Below are positions 27,306 through 36,354 of a stretch of DNA of 43,653 nt, one piece after another. Origin of the DNA: Candidatus Omnitrophota bacterium (GTDB lineage Bacteria; Omnitrophota; Gorgyraeia; Tantalellales; Tantalellaceae); contig JAGLIU010000017.1 of assembly GCA_023142805.1 (NCBI GenBank), positions 1 through 43,653 of the forward strand, given 5' to 3'. The notes below the pieces were generated by a model, which worked only from the letters and a program-made list of their open reading frames with translations, did not search any database and was not told the origin of the DNA. Positions within the stretch are counted from its first letter, which is position 1; every line of letters begins with the position of its first letter. The position numbers and the translations under genes were made by a program.

Positions 27306-27913
27306 TTATTCTTTTCCGTGTTTACGTACGCGATAGGTCTTGTTTTTGTCAGTCTTTTCTGATGCAGACTGCAAGCCCATAAGAACAGTTTCCATTACTT
27401 CAAAATACAGCAATTGCCCACTACTTAGCTCGATTGCTGGCTTACCAAAAAAAGCACAAGCCTTTTCAGCAAATTGATATCTGAAAGCATCGTGAGTTCC
27501 TCTTCCGGGTTTTTTTTTACGCTAACTACCAGCCTGTCAAAATCTTCCTCGGATATACTCGCAGGATCAGGCGAAAACTCATCGTGTAGAGCGTCTACAG
27601 CGGTTTGAAAATAATCCTTGAGTTCAGGCGTAAGCATAGAGCGAAATTCAGCAATGCTTTTGAATAGCTTCTTTCCTGTGTCTGGATCAAGCATTGTTCT
27701 AAACAGCAACTGGGTTTCTTTCTCTGCCTGGTAGTCAGATAGGTTTTCAACACCTATTTTTGTTCCGCTAAACATTTTGTCAGCTTCTAATGTAGCCTCT
27801 AAATTATCTTGTTCGTTGCACACACGAATGTCAACGTTCGCCCCGCCCTTGTCAGGCCATTCAATGGAGCGTTTAGCCTTGTCACCCGCTCTTATTTTGT
27901 CAATTAATTCCAT
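27306..27913 (-). CDS. tail assembly chaperone, -1 frameshift extended product (G-T / E-E' equivalent)
   Basis: From the A9 run, the -1 frame is open for 68 codons and stops at TAA 27306-27308, directly abutting the tape measure ATG (27305). Confidence 0.65.
27425..27913 (-). CDS. tail assembly chaperone (zero-frame product)
   Basis: 162 aa, acidic. Located between the tube and tape measure genes. TAATG coupling to the upstream gene. Confidence 0.75.
   Translation of the reverse strand: MELIDKIRAGDKAKRSIEWPDKGGANVDIRVCNEQDNLEATLEADKMFSGTKIGVENLSDYQAEKETQLLFRTMLDPDTGKKLFKSIAEFRSMLTPELKDYFQTAVDALHDEFSPDPASISEEDFDRLVVSVKKNPEEELTMLSDINLLKRLVLFLVSQQSS
27510..27518 (-). promoter_or_regulatory. 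slippery A9 run (gtA AAA AAA AAC) for -1 programmed ribosomal frameshifting
   Basis: A T9 run on the + strand. In the chaperone zero frame it reads V-K-K-N and gives A_AAA_AAA / A_AAA_AAC heptamers. Confidence 0.65.
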
Positions 27914-28257
27914 TACTTACAATGTCTCCTTATATAGAGTTTAATTCCTTTAAAGACGTCCTTCATAAAAAAATACTCTTCGTTTCCTTCTAATTCCGCA
28001 CAAAACTTCATAACCCTTATTTTATTTGCAAGTGCTGGAACCTTTACCTTGTCGTGCTTGATCCTTGTCAATCTTTCAAGCTGTTTACACGTTTTCAGCA
28101 CTTCTAAATTTCCCTTTGTCAAGATCTCGTTTTCCCATTCCTTCTCTTGTATTATTTGAACAAGCTTCTGGTTCTGGTTCACCAAATCGCCTACCTGCCT
28201 CATCAAATCTTTTACTTCTTTAGATTTACGACTTGATTTATTTTTTATAGCTGCCAT
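27913..28257 (-). CDS. hypothetical protein (114 aa, coiled-coil)
   Basis: GGAGG RBS. Lies between the tube and chaperone genes. Confidence 0.55.
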   Translation of the reverse strand: MAAIKNKSSRKSKEVKDLMRQVGDLVNQNQKLVQIIQEKEWENEILTKGNLEVLKTCKQLERLTRIKHDKVKVPALANKIRVMKFCAELEGNEEYFFMKDVFKGIKLYIRRHCK

Positions 28258-28273
28258 TTTAGCCTCCGGTTAA

Positions 28274-28633
28274 TTATTCTTCAATTTTATTTTCTGCGCC
28301 GAAGGTTACGGTTTTTGTGAGTTCTGTTTCACCGTCAATTGTCCCGTCACCTGTTTCCAGTGTGTATACTCCATAATATGAAGTCCTGTTTTTTGCATCG
28401 TCAATCACAGTACAAGTCCCACCCTCCACACTCGATAGGTCAACAGGCGGTTTGACATACGCACTTTTCACATTACAAGTAAAGCTGTAACGCGGAGTCA
28501 TTTTTGCGTGCCCTGTTTTCCCCATTAAATTCACTTGCTTGAATTTTGTTACCGATGTGTCTGTAAAAGATTCAAAATCGGTAAATTTTGCTCCGTTGAA
28601 TTCAAGCTCTACTGTATTTACATATAATGGCAT
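28274..28633 (-). CDS. tail tube protein
   Basis: 119 aa, directly downstream of the sheath gene. AAGGGG RBS. Called by position and size. Confidence 0.7.
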   Translation of the reverse strand: MPLYVNTVELEFNGAKFTDFESFTDTSVTKFKQVNLMGKTGHAKMTPRYSFTCNVKSAYVKPPVDLSSVEGGTCTVIDDAKNRTSYYGVYTLETGDGTIDGETELTKTVTFGAENKIEE

Positions 28634-28651
28634 ATTCTACCCCTTGTCAAG

Positions 28652-30097
28652 TTATAGTATTAAGTCAATTCTATTTGCTAATACGTGCAAACCATTAACT
28701 ACATCAGTTGGTATTTTTGTGTTTACCCTATTCGCATCCACTGAATCGCGTTCGCATATAACCCCATCCTTATTGGCCTGGACATTTTCCACAATCTCAA
28801 ACTCCTCTAGTTGATTCAATGTATATAGAACCTGAGTTTTTACTCTGTCAGGAGTTTTGGTTGAAAGTTTAGCTCTCTGAAAAACAGACCTTTGTCTTGC
28901 CTCAACAGCAAGCTTCACATATGCTAATGTTCTCATGGTAGTGGTGTCAAGCAATGCGGGGTCATCAAAACCAGACGCGTCAGTAGTGTATGTTGTTATA
29001 GATCTAACAATAGCAACCTCTTCCCCCGGGACCACGTGTAGTGGAGTCACGCCATTAGACAAGCAAGACTCTTGCTGTGTTCTGGTTAGCCGGTTGTCCA
29101 AATGAGCAGGTGCAATACCAGTTAAAACCAAATCATTTAATGGCCGTGCAGGATCTTCCTCTCCTGCCATAACAGCGGCATAAGCTGCGCCTATTTCATA
29201 TTCCAGAGAATGCCCGTTTTCGGTGGTCTTAGTATATTTGAGGTAAGCCGTGCTCATCCATTCCTCATTCATGGTTGTGCCTGCTAATGTCTCAAGTGTG
29301 GCCTGGACTCCATTATATCCAAACACCCCAATTGCTGGCTTGCCCTCAGTTGGTGCGACTCGTGAACCAAGATGGGTTTTAAGTAATCCCAAATTTGTTG
29401 CGTCGCTCAGTGTGCTTACTATGAACTGATAGTCTGAGGTAAGCAAAGAAGCAAAAGCATTTGTAAAATCAGGATCTGTTGCGCCTGCTGTGGGCTGTAC
29501 CACTACAATTGTTGTGGTACCAATATTATTGTTTTTGTATGCAACCGCAATATTATTTCCTGCAAGCCCATCATTACGAGCCGTAAGTGTTACCACGTTT
29601 GAAACCACGCCGGAGGTTACTTGAGTCAAGTGCTCCTTTGCCTGGATAGCTGTATCTATCGATGCTGCAATTACGGTATTAATATCCCCGCTTGTCACAG
29701 TCACTTGAATTAGCACATTCCCAATCCAGATATCGTAATATCCGGTCGTGCTCGCTGTGCCAGTCACTGTTATTGTGCCAGCGGCTTGAGAGCCGGAACC
29801 ATCGTCAACGGGCACGAGATAAAGCTCAATATTTGGGTTTGCATCTAATGCGGCCTTACAAGCAAGGTGCGCAATAGAACCCTGTCCACCAGCAGTAATC
29901 GCTTCGTCGGTTGACAATATTTTGAGTGGTTTATCCGCCACTGCTTCACCTGCGCTTGTCATCTGTGCGACAATAGCTATTTTTGGCGCATTAACCGGCA
30001 GAGATTTTATAGCGAGCGAAGTATTAAATTCCGAATACCTGCCTGGCTTGCGTAAGCTGGTTGGAATGTTGTCAAAAATTATATTAGGACTTGCCAT
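28652..30097 (-). CDS. contractile tail sheath protein
   Basis: 481 aa. The N-terminal ..IPTSLRKPGRYSEFNTSLA matches the conserved sheath N-terminus (R.PG.Y.E.d.s). GAGGAG RBS. Confidence 0.85.
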   Translation of the reverse strand: MASPNIIFDNIPTSLRKPGRYSEFNTSLAIKSLPVNAPKIAIVAQMTSAGEAVADKPLKILSTDEAITAGGQGSIAHLACKAALDANPNIELYLVPVDDGSGSQAAGTITVTGTASTTGYYDIWIGNVLIQVTVTSGDINTVIAASIDTAIQAKEHLTQVTSGVVSNVVTLTARNDGLAGNNIAVAYKNNNIGTTTIVVVQPTAGATDPDFTNAFASLLTSDYQFIVSTLSDATNLGLLKTHLGSRVAPTEGKPAIGVFGYNGVQATLETLAGTTMNEEWMSTAYLKYTKTTENGHSLEYEIGAAYAAVMAGEEDPARPLNDLVLTGIAPAHLDNRLTRTQQESCLSNGVTPLHVVPGEEVAIVRSITTYTTDASGFDDPALLDTTTMRTLAYVKLAVEARQRSVFQRAKLSTKTPDRVKTQVLYTLNQLEEFEIVENVQANKDGVICERDSVDANRVNTKIPTDVVNGLHVLANRIDLIL

Positions 30098-30109
30098 TAG
30101 TAAGCTCCT

Positions 30110-30316
30110 CTATGATTTAGTATTAGTGTTTGATTTGTATTTACTTTTTTCTTTTTTGTCAACTTTTGGAGCTTCCGGTTTTGCCTCAACTAACGAACCG
30201 TCTTGAAGCTTTTTGAAAACATTGTGATCCATAGAAACGCTTATGGGGCTTTCGCTATCTACCCACTTGCCCTGAACCCGAAATCTCAAATCTTTGTTTC
30301 CTGTTTTTACCTGCAT
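30110..30316 (-). CDS. small hypothetical protein upstream of sheath (Mu gp38/DUF2635-like position)
   Basis: AAGGAG RBS. 68 aa with a Lys-rich tail. Confidence 0.5.
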   Translation of the reverse strand: MQVKTGNKDLRFRVQGKWVDSESPISVSMDHNVFKKLQDGSLVEAKPEAPKVDKKEKSKYKSNTNTKS

Positions 30317-30328
30317 TTCAATCTCCTT

Positions 30329-30667
30329 TTATGAGACGGTTGCCCCGTCTGAAAATCTTTTCCAATTAGTTCCGTTGCAGTAGGCCGGTTGTGCTCCACC
30401 GGCTTCATCAGATACCCATACCATGCCCCGCGCATAACTCGCAGGTGTCAAGGTTGCTACCTGAACAACCGTATACGATTTTAAATATCTCATTCCTATT
30501 TGTGTAAAATAAGTTAGCGATGCCCACAAGTTTGAGCCGTCACCCACCTTAAATTGTCCTGTGTCTGTTTCAAAGCCTACCTCCCCCGCTTCCAGTGTAG
30601 GGTTTGCCGCTGTCCAATTGGTAGCCGTGTCATGTCTCGATTGAATCAGTTCTGGTTCTTTAGCCAT
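30329..30667 (-). CDS. protein with the fibre/hyaluronidase-type N-terminal motif (Mtd-N-like)
   Basis: RHDTATNWTAANPTLEAGEVGFETDTGQFKVGDGSNLWASLTYF matches the widespread R.dT...W...NP.L..GE.g.E.DT...K.GDG...W..L motif. Confidence 0.6.
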   Translation of the reverse strand: MAKEPELIQSRHDTATNWTAANPTLEAGEVGFETDTGQFKVGDGSNLWASLTYFTQIGMRYLKSYTVVQVATLTPASYARGMVWVSDEAGGAQPAYCNGTNWKRFSDGATVS

Positions 30668-31338
30668 TAATATGTACTCCCTGCTCTACCGCCGTATCTG
30701 GCGGGTTTTGTGTATGTTGTTCCCGCGCGGCCGCCATAAACACCGGCCGCCTTAAACACAGTGTCCGCACTGCCTCCGCAAATCCCCTGTAATACAACGA
30801 GCCCTTCCATATCTTCAATTCCGTCATCACTTGGTTCTTGTAAGTAATACTCGTTTACAATTGAGTGCAATGTCCCTAAATCTTTTTCAAAATCCTTCTC
30901 TATATTAAATGAACATGTTAAATCTAGTTTATATATTGAATAACCTGCGCTTGAATATTTCTCATCAGTTACATTTTCAAAAGTTGTTGGCATTATCGGG
31001 TCCTGTAAATCTAATCCTAATTTTTCAAGCATCAGCACTTTTGCTATCTGAGTCAATAGTTTGTAAGCCTTAAACCTCCTGGCCTCTTCACTCCGCAGAT
31101 CCTGAATCATCATGAAAATAGAGATCGTTATAAATTGCTTGTATGATGTGAGTGTTATCTTTTTAAAACTACCTGAATCTATAGCTATATTGGCAACTGG
31201 ACGTTGTAACGCTCCTACCTGTCTGTCAACCAGCTTGTCGAATCCTATGTGATCGGCCTCAATGCCTGATTTTACAAGATGAAACATAATCTTGTTAGAT
31301 ATTTCTTGGCCCATTTCTTCTGTTAATATGTATCCCAT
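30667..31338 (-). CDS. tail completion / neck protein (Mu gp37-like position)
   Basis: 223 aa. Overlaps both neighbours. C-terminal short repeat YGGRAG(T/S)TY x2. Confidence 0.5.
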   Translation of the reverse strand: MGYILTEEMGQEISNKIMFHLVKSGIEADHIGFDKLVDRQVGALQRPVANIAIDSGSFKKITLTSYKQFITISIFMMIQDLRSEEARRFKAYKLLTQIAKVLMLEKLGLDLQDPIMPTTFENVTDEKYSSAGYSIYKLDLTCSFNIEKDFEKDLGTLHSIVNEYYLQEPSDDGIEDMEGLVVLQGICGGSADTVFKAAGVYGGRAGTTYTKPARYGGRAGSTY

Positions 31339-31751
31339 ACCGTACTCGTATATGTCCTTGAACTTGATGTTTTGTTAGTAATCACCACTGCCGGTTCATT
31401 AGCTTCAGGAAACGGCGTGATTTTGCCCACCTGAATATCTTTCAGGGTTTGAATGCAATATTTATAATCTTTTGATATTGCTTCCGGTAGCGTTGCTTGT
31501 AATTTCCTCTTGTAAAGATTGTATGCTGCTAACTTTGTGGACAGGTCTTCAATAAGATCTGGCACGCTGCCTTCTGCTATTTCGTCTGGATATCTACCTC
31601 TTAGGTGCCCGTCAATAAGTTTATCGGCAGCACTAATCATATCCTCCACAATTTCAGTTACTAAAGAGCCTGTGTTGTAATCGTCTGACAACTGCTCTAT
31701 CATTGCAATGGGCATGTATTTTTTAAGATTTATCAATGTCGTATAAGCCAC
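31323..31751 (-). CDS. DUF1320 (Mu gp36-like) head-tail connector protein
   Basis: YTTLINLKKYMPIAMIEQLSDD....IVEDMISAADKLIDGHLRGRYP follows the DUF1320 consensus. GTG start with GGAGGG RBS. Confidence 0.75.
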   Translation of the reverse strand: MAYTTLINLKKYMPIAMIEQLSDDYNTGSLVTEIVEDMISAADKLIDGHLRGRYPDEIAEGSVPDLIEDLSTKLAAYNLYKRKLQATLPEAISKDYKYCIQTLKDIQVGKITPFPEANEPAVVITNKTSSSRTYTSTVWDTY

Positions 31752-31771
31752 TCTTTTTTCCCTCCTGTAAA

Positions 31772-31796
31772 GAGCCAGGGCTGTAAACCCTGACTC
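31772..31796 (-). terminator. weak hairpin after the major capsid gene (possible attenuator)
   Basis: GAGcCAGGG-ctgtaaa-CCCTGaCTC in the 79-nt gap between the capsid stop and the next start. Only a short U-run follows. Confidence 0.25.
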
Positions 31797-31830
31797 CCTC
31801 TCAATAAGTAAGGAATTACCCGCGCACTGG

Positions 31831-32835
31831 CTAAGTAGTTGCGGTATCTTTCCACATATACCCTAAGTCAATCCCAACTGCTGCAATATCCACATCTTCC
31901 TCACTATCATACATAACACCATGACGTGCTGGTACTGCCCATGTAGTTGAAATTCTTCCCGCTCCATTTTCCTTTTTGAGCCTGTACTGATATCCAGCAC
32001 TCGCAGTTTTCAGGTCTGGTGTAGCTGGCTTGTAATAAAGAAAACCAACCCCTTTGGTTTCAGAGCTTGTGGTTCCCCAGATATTCACTGATGTAAAGCT
32101 TGTATCAGCAACCGTTTCCTCATCAGTATTTTTAACTGCCATACCAACAATGATTTCATTAACGCCTATTAAAGACGCTAGTGTAGGAATCTGGACCAAT
32201 GCACTCGCACCCAAACCAGTAGGATTCATAAGGGCCAACAATGCGGGAGCCACCTGAAGCTTGCTCCATGCTGGCCAACTTAAAAACAATGTGTTTGGTA
32301 GCATTCCGGTATTGCTAAGAATGGAATCACGCCCAGCAACTATATCAGCAAGAAAGGTATCGTTTGCCGCTGTACCATCTCCCCAATGCCCCTCGGCATC
32401 AGCTCCACCAGCACCTGCTCCACCCCAATTAGTAGCGTGTAAAACCGCTGAAGTTCTAACCTCTCGCTTAAGGTCAAGCTTCTCAGCGATAAGTTCAAGC
32501 GCGTCAGCCTCCGGTTTGTAGGGTAATGCACCAGGCTCTTTTGAGGCCGCGAGTTCTTCTTCAGAAACACCCGCAGCAAACGCATAATTAATGGGATCAA
32601 GATTTTCAGTCGCAAGTCTGAACTCGCCTATAACAGCGGCGCCCATAGGTGCTCTTATCTCGGCCTCGTCACGAAACCATGGCCCCTTGACATACTTTGC
32701 GACTTTGGATTGTTTTAAAACACCGTCAATAATTGGAAAAAGTTTATCGGCTACATACAGAGGGTTTCTATACATTATACTCACGTTTTGCGAGGCCCCC
32801 CTTACTGTTACGCTGCCTATATTTGTTATTGCCAT
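31831..32835 (-). CDS. major capsid protein
   Basis: 334 aa. GAGGAG RBS. Follows the protease/scaffold and decoration genes and precedes a hairpin. Called by position and size. Confidence 0.8.
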   Translation of the reverse strand: MAITNIGSVTVRGASQNVSIMYRNPLYVADKLFPIIDGVLKQSKVAKYVKGPWFRDEAEIRAPMGAAVIGEFRLATENLDPINYAFAAGVSEEELAASKEPGALPYKPEADALELIAEKLDLKREVRTSAVLHATNWGGAGAGGADAEGHWGDGTAANDTFLADIVAGRDSILSNTGMLPNTLFLSWPAWSKLQVAPALLALMNPTGLGASALVQIPTLASLIGVNEIIVGMAVKNTDEETVADTSFTSVNIWGTTSSETKGVGFLYYKPATPDLKTASAGYQYRLKKENGAGRISTTWAVPARHGVMYDSEEDVDIAAVGIDLGYMWKDTATT

Positions 32836-32865
32836 TTTCTTGCTCCTCTTTAAAATTAAAAAATA

Positions 32866-33654
32866 TTATGATGTGGCATGCAGCCCATATGTTTCAAGTG
32901 TTGCGAGTATCGAGTCAAGCACCACGTTATTTGCATCAGTAGCAGTTTTACCCGCTGCGATATCAACTTTTACCTTGTCAAGCTCCGCGTCTATTAGCCC
33001 AAGCTCGGCTTCCGCCTCTGCTTTTGTAGGCGGATCAGTTAATGTTGTACTTGAAGTATAAGTGCCCTGTGTGGCCGCATCATTAGCCGCTGGGTCAGCC
33101 ACATGAGCCTGTTGTACAACTGGAGTCGCTCCATGAAAACTAAGTTTCTGGTCTGCGGCTTCACCTATCTCAGTACCCGTAGTGGTCCCAAATACAAAAT
33201 TAACCGCATCCGTAATAGTCAACAATGTACTTGCAATTGCAATATGATCTGTAACTGTGAGCGAAGCAAATTCATCAGCTCCCCCAAGCTCTTCAGATGC
33301 ATAAAACAATTCCACTTCGCACAAGTCGTCTTCTGCACCAGCCGCCTTGGTTACAATACTCCGTGGAAACTGTGTCAATGTAGCTTCTTGGGCTTTTCCG
33401 TCTGATTTTGTTGACACAATAACATCCACCGCAAGCGCCCCACCTGCTACAAGTTTAGATGCACCATATACTTTGACAAGCGCTTCCTGCCCTGATTCTG
33501 GAGCGTTCTGCAAAATCCCATAGGGATTATTTGTAATACCGTCAGCAAGATCAACTGTATTGTCGCTCTCAAGAGTAACATACATATATTGCGAATCAGA
33601 TAAATCCTCGCCAGCTATTTTTGATCTGACTTCACCCTCTGTAATAGTTGCCAT
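32866..33654 (-). CDS. DUF2190-like head decoration/cement protein with C-terminal extension
   Basis: The N-terminal about 110 aa (..YMYVTL..DNTVDLA....NPYGILQNAPESGQEALVKVYGASKLVAGGAL) matches the DUF2190 pattern. Confidence 0.6.
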   Translation of the reverse strand: MATITEGEVRSKIAGEDLSDSQYMYVTLESDNTVDLADGITNNPYGILQNAPESGQEALVKVYGASKLVAGGALAVDVIVSTKSDGKAQEATLTQFPRSIVTKAAGAEDDLCEVELFYASEELGGADEFASLTVTDHIAIASTLLTITDAVNFVFGTTTGTEIGEAADQKLSFHGATPVVQQAHVADPAANDAATQGTYTSSTTLTDPPTKAEAEAELGLIDAELDKVKVDIAAGKTATDANNVVLDSILATLETYGLHATS

Positions 33655-33697
33655 GTCTACCTCTCATTTGTAATTATAAAAATTGTTAATTGTCAAG

Positions 33698-34213
33698 CTA
33701 TGCGTTTGGCGTTTGCGCCATGTCAAACGCTTGTCTAAATGTTAGTGCCTTACCTGCGGCTTGCTGCCCAACAAGTATTTCGTTCGCTTTTTTATTGATC
33801 GCGTCCATCTCATTACCAGAATCTGGTGGTGCAGCATCTCCCTTGTTCGCAAAATGATCTGTGCCCACATCAATAATCGGTGCTTGCTCACCAAGATACT
33901 GCCTATATGCTTCCGTAGCTGGCTGAGTTTTATCAGTGCTTTGTGCGTCAGCCTGAAAATTTAGCTCCATATTATTTACATGAAAATCAATGGATGCAGG
34001 GAGTATTTTTCCCTCTTTGACAAGATTTTCGCAAAATGATTTAAACCCATTTTTTCTGGTATCTGTTACACTGGCTTGCATTACCTCGGTTTGGCTCTTA
34101 ACAGTTTTTGTCAATGTCTCGTTTTCCGCTACCAGAGTAGTGTTGGTGGCGTTGAGCTGTGCCTTCTCTTTCTCAAGAACCTCTATTCTTGTATTGAATT
34201 CAGCTTCAGTCAT
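33698..34213 (-). CDS. candidate nested scaffolding protein (internal in-frame start)
   Basis: AAGGAG lies 9 nt before the in-frame ATG 34213 (MTEAEFNTRIEVLEKEKAQL..). This is analogous to Mu I/Z and lambda C/Nu3. Confidence 0.4.
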   Translation of the reverse strand: MTEAEFNTRIEVLEKEKAQLNATNTTLVAENETLTKTVKSQTEVMQASVTDTRKNGFKSFCENLVKEGKILPASIDFHVNNMELNFQADAQSTDKTQPATEAYRQYLGEQAPIIDVGTDHFANKGDAAPPDSGNEMDAINKKANEILVGQQAAGKALTFRQAFDMAQTPNA

Positions 34214-35224
34214 ATTTTCAGGCTCCTTTTTAAAGTTAGTAAGTTTTTTTACATAGTCTATTATTCTCGAAAATTCCATTTTGTCAATTCCCTGTGCCGT
34301 AATCTTGTCGTTTCTATCAATGCCGTATTTGCTCAATACCGTTTCGGGTACTTCGCCATAATTGTAATCCGAAAAATCAAAATAGTTTAATACATCCTCC
34401 TCTTCTGTTACGGTATCAGCCAACCCAAGCCCTTGCGCTTCTAAAGCGGATAGCCAGGTAGTTTCTTTTAGCATGTTCTTTATTTCTTTTTCTGTTTTGC
34501 TCATCCTGCTTTTGTAAGCAAGCACAATGGAGTTTTCCATTTTATCAAGAGCCGTGGCCTGATTTCTGAGCTTGTCAGCATCCGCACCTACAACAACACC
34601 AGCAAATGGCTTGTGTATCATCATCATTGACGTTTCGGGCATTTCTATTGTGTCCCCTGCCATAGCTATGACAGAGGCTATTGATGCAGCGATCCCAGAA
34701 ACTTTAACCCTAACCTCTGCCTTATGACTTTTTAATGCTTCATATATAGAAAATCCATGGAATACCGATCCTCCAGGGCTATTGATATCGACAGATATTA
34801 TTTTCACGTCTTTATTTTCTGCTAACAATTGATAAAAATCTTTTGATTGCGTTCCCCAAAGCCCTATCTCATCATGCATTATAATATTTAGTTGTGATTT
34901 TGCTTTGTTGATATAATAAGAATAACACGGTGGGCGATCCTTTTGTTTTGATGTGGAAATCTCAAGCCCAAGATGTTTGATTTTATTATTGTCTAGCCAT
35001 TCTTGGGAGGCTATTGCTGTCCATCTTTTTTCTGGAAACCTTATGGAGTATGGGACTGAGGCTTCTTTGCCATTAACTATCTCCTTGTGCCACATTATTG
35101 ATATAGATTCCGGCACGTCAATGCCCTGCACAGGTATATTGGCACTACCTCGTGTGCGTTGTATACCTATTATATCAGGCGTAGTTTCTTTTAAGTTTGC
35201 AACATGTTCTCCTGAATACGGCAT
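33698..35224 (-). CDS. prohead protease (ClpP/S49-type) fused to scaffolding domain
   Basis: INSPGGSVFHGFSIYEALK...VSGIAASIASVIAMAGD..EMPETSMMMIHKP is a ClpP/SppA-type serine protease core. The C-terminal about 170 aa are coiled-coil. ATG 35224 has GGAGG 5 nt upstream. The ORF-track start is 35251. Confidence 0.85.
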   Translation of the reverse strand: MPYSGEHVANLKETTPDIIGIQRTRGSANIPVQGIDVPESISIMWHKEIVNGKEASVPYSIRFPEKRWTAIASQEWLDNNKIKHLGLEISTSKQKDRPPCYSYYINKAKSQLNIIMHDEIGLWGTQSKDFYQLLAENKDVKIISVDINSPGGSVFHGFSIYEALKSHKAEVRVKVSGIAASIASVIAMAGDTIEMPETSMMMIHKPFAGVVVGADADKLRNQATALDKMENSIVLAYKSRMSKTEKEIKNMLKETTWLSALEAQGLGLADTVTEEEDVLNYFDFSDYNYGEVPETVLSKYGIDRNDKITAQGIDKMEFSRIIDYVKKLTNFKKEPENMTEAEFNTRIEVLEKEKAQLNATNTTLVAENETLTKTVKSQTEVMQASVTDTRKNGFKSFCENLVKEGKILPASIDFHVNNMELNFQADAQSTDKTQPATEAYRQYLGEQAPIIDVGTDHFANKGDAAPPDSGNEMDAINKKANEILVGQQAAGKALTFRQAFDMAQTPNA

Positions 35225-35283
35225 TACTACCTCCATTTCTAATTTAATCATTTAGATTGGGAATTGTCAACACTTATTTTTCT

Positions 35284-35676
35284 CTACCGTTTTGTAATAT
35301 GTGATTTAAACAATTGCTTTATATTAATAACAACTTTCGCTTTTACAAACATGAATTTCCTCATTGCGATGCCACGCGGAGCAAAACCGAAATTATGCAC
35401 GGCCTGGTATTTTGTTCTGTTACCTATCACAACTTTGTTTTTTGATGGCTTGCTATAAGTTGCGTTCATCAATTTATTGGTCTTGCGCAATATGGGCCAT
35501 GGCTTATTTACCTTACGCGGAGCCCAGGCAATGGGCGATCCACCGGATACAAACATCTCTTTAATAGACGCCTTCACCATTTCGCCAACAGCCGCATATG
35601 GCATAGAGTTAGTGCGCCTTTTAATCCTGTCAAGCTTTTTTAATAGCTTCCTGGAATTTACCTTACCTCTGATCAT
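35284..35676 (-). CDS. virion morphogenesis protein (Mu gpG-like)
   Basis: ..ILRKTNKLMNATY....VVIGNRTKYQAVHNFG matches the gpG/Phage_tail_S pattern (L..tG.L..S......v.iG....Ya..H.fG). ATG 35676 makes an ATGA overlap with the upstream stop. The GTG 35691 start is an alternative. Confidence 0.7.
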   Translation of the reverse strand: MIRGKVNSRKLLKKLDRIKRRTNSMPYAAVGEMVKASIKEMFVSGGSPIAWAPRKVNKPWPILRKTNKLMNATYSKPSKNKVVIGNRTKYQAVHNFGFAPRGIAMRKFMFVKAKVVINIKQLFKSHITKR

Positions 35677-36011
35677 AACGGATTCACCCACATTTTAATA
35701 TCGTCATATTCTATATGAAAATGCGTCTTCTCTCTCACAATCTGATATTTGCCTCCTGTAAACCATTGCTTGATATCGTGCAATATTTTGCCTTTCTGTG
35801 CATTCGTCAATATCCAGATTCGAACGTCAAACGCATACCCCCAAGGATGTAAGCTTGTTGGTATGTGTGAGCCGCCGCCAGTACAGGTTACAGTAACTGT
35901 TTTGTTTTGCCGCTCGTAGGCTCTATCAACTATTAGTAAGGCCTTTCGCATTATCGGTTGTAAATCACGTGGATTCACCCCGTACTCCTTAGCCCAATGT
36001 ATTTTTCTCAT
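35673..36011 (-). CDS. LAS/M15-type zinc peptidoglycan peptidase (candidate endolysin)
   Basis: TSLHPWGYAFDV equals SxHxxGxAxD, and THFHIEY equals HxH. ATG 36011 has AGGAAGGA 6 nt upstream. The ORF-track TTG start is at 36029. Confidence 0.75.
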   Translation of the reverse strand: MRKIHWAKEYGVNPRDLQPIMRKALLIVDRAYERQNKTVTVTCTGGGSHIPTSLHPWGYAFDVRIWILTNAQKGKILHDIKQWFTGGKYQIVREKTHFHIEYDDIKMWVNPL

Positions 36012-36012
36012 A

Positions 36013-36144
36013 TTAATTCCTTCCTGCAAATTTATAAATGGCCCCGCATCCTACACACCGATACACTAAGCTTCCGCCTACGCACACAGCAACCCAGGCG
36101 CGACAACCACAGTCTCCACATTTTATTTCAGTTTTAGTTTCCAT
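36013..36144 (-). CDS. zinc-ribbon miniprotein (43 aa)
   Basis: METKTEIKCGDCGCRAWVAVCVGGSLVYRCVGCGAIYKFAGRN has two CxxC pairs. Its stop lies 1 nt before the peptidase ATG. Below the ORF-track cutoff. Confidence 0.4.
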   Translation of the reverse strand: METKTEIKCGDCGCRAWVAVCVGGSLVYRCVGCGAIYKFAGRN

Positions 36145-36319
36145 AACACTGCGCATCCAATACAGGGTTAGTAAAATCTATTAGCATTATATATTTTTCG
36201 TCATAACACGACTCACAAACATCTTCAGGCCTTTCCCCCAAACAGTTTCTAAACCCATGTGTCAACCGTCCTTCACAATCGCAACATGGGCATTCATACT
36301 TACTTTTGCCCTTACACAT
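36134..36319 (-). CDS. Cys-rich miniprotein (61 aa)
   Basis: AAGGAG RBS. Motifs CPCCDCEG..C..CESC. Confidence 0.55.
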   Translation of the reverse strand: MCKGKSKYECPCCDCEGRLTHGFRNCLGERPEDVCESCYDEKYIMLIDFTNPVLDAQCYGN

Positions 36320-36354
36320 AGCTACTCCTTGAAATTACATTTATTATTCTACAT

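Noticed and set aside
30329-30667. Diversity-generating retroelement, suggested by the Mtd-N-like motif
   Set aside because: The window has no reverse transcriptase gene. I saw no template/variable repeat pair with adenine-specific mismatches.
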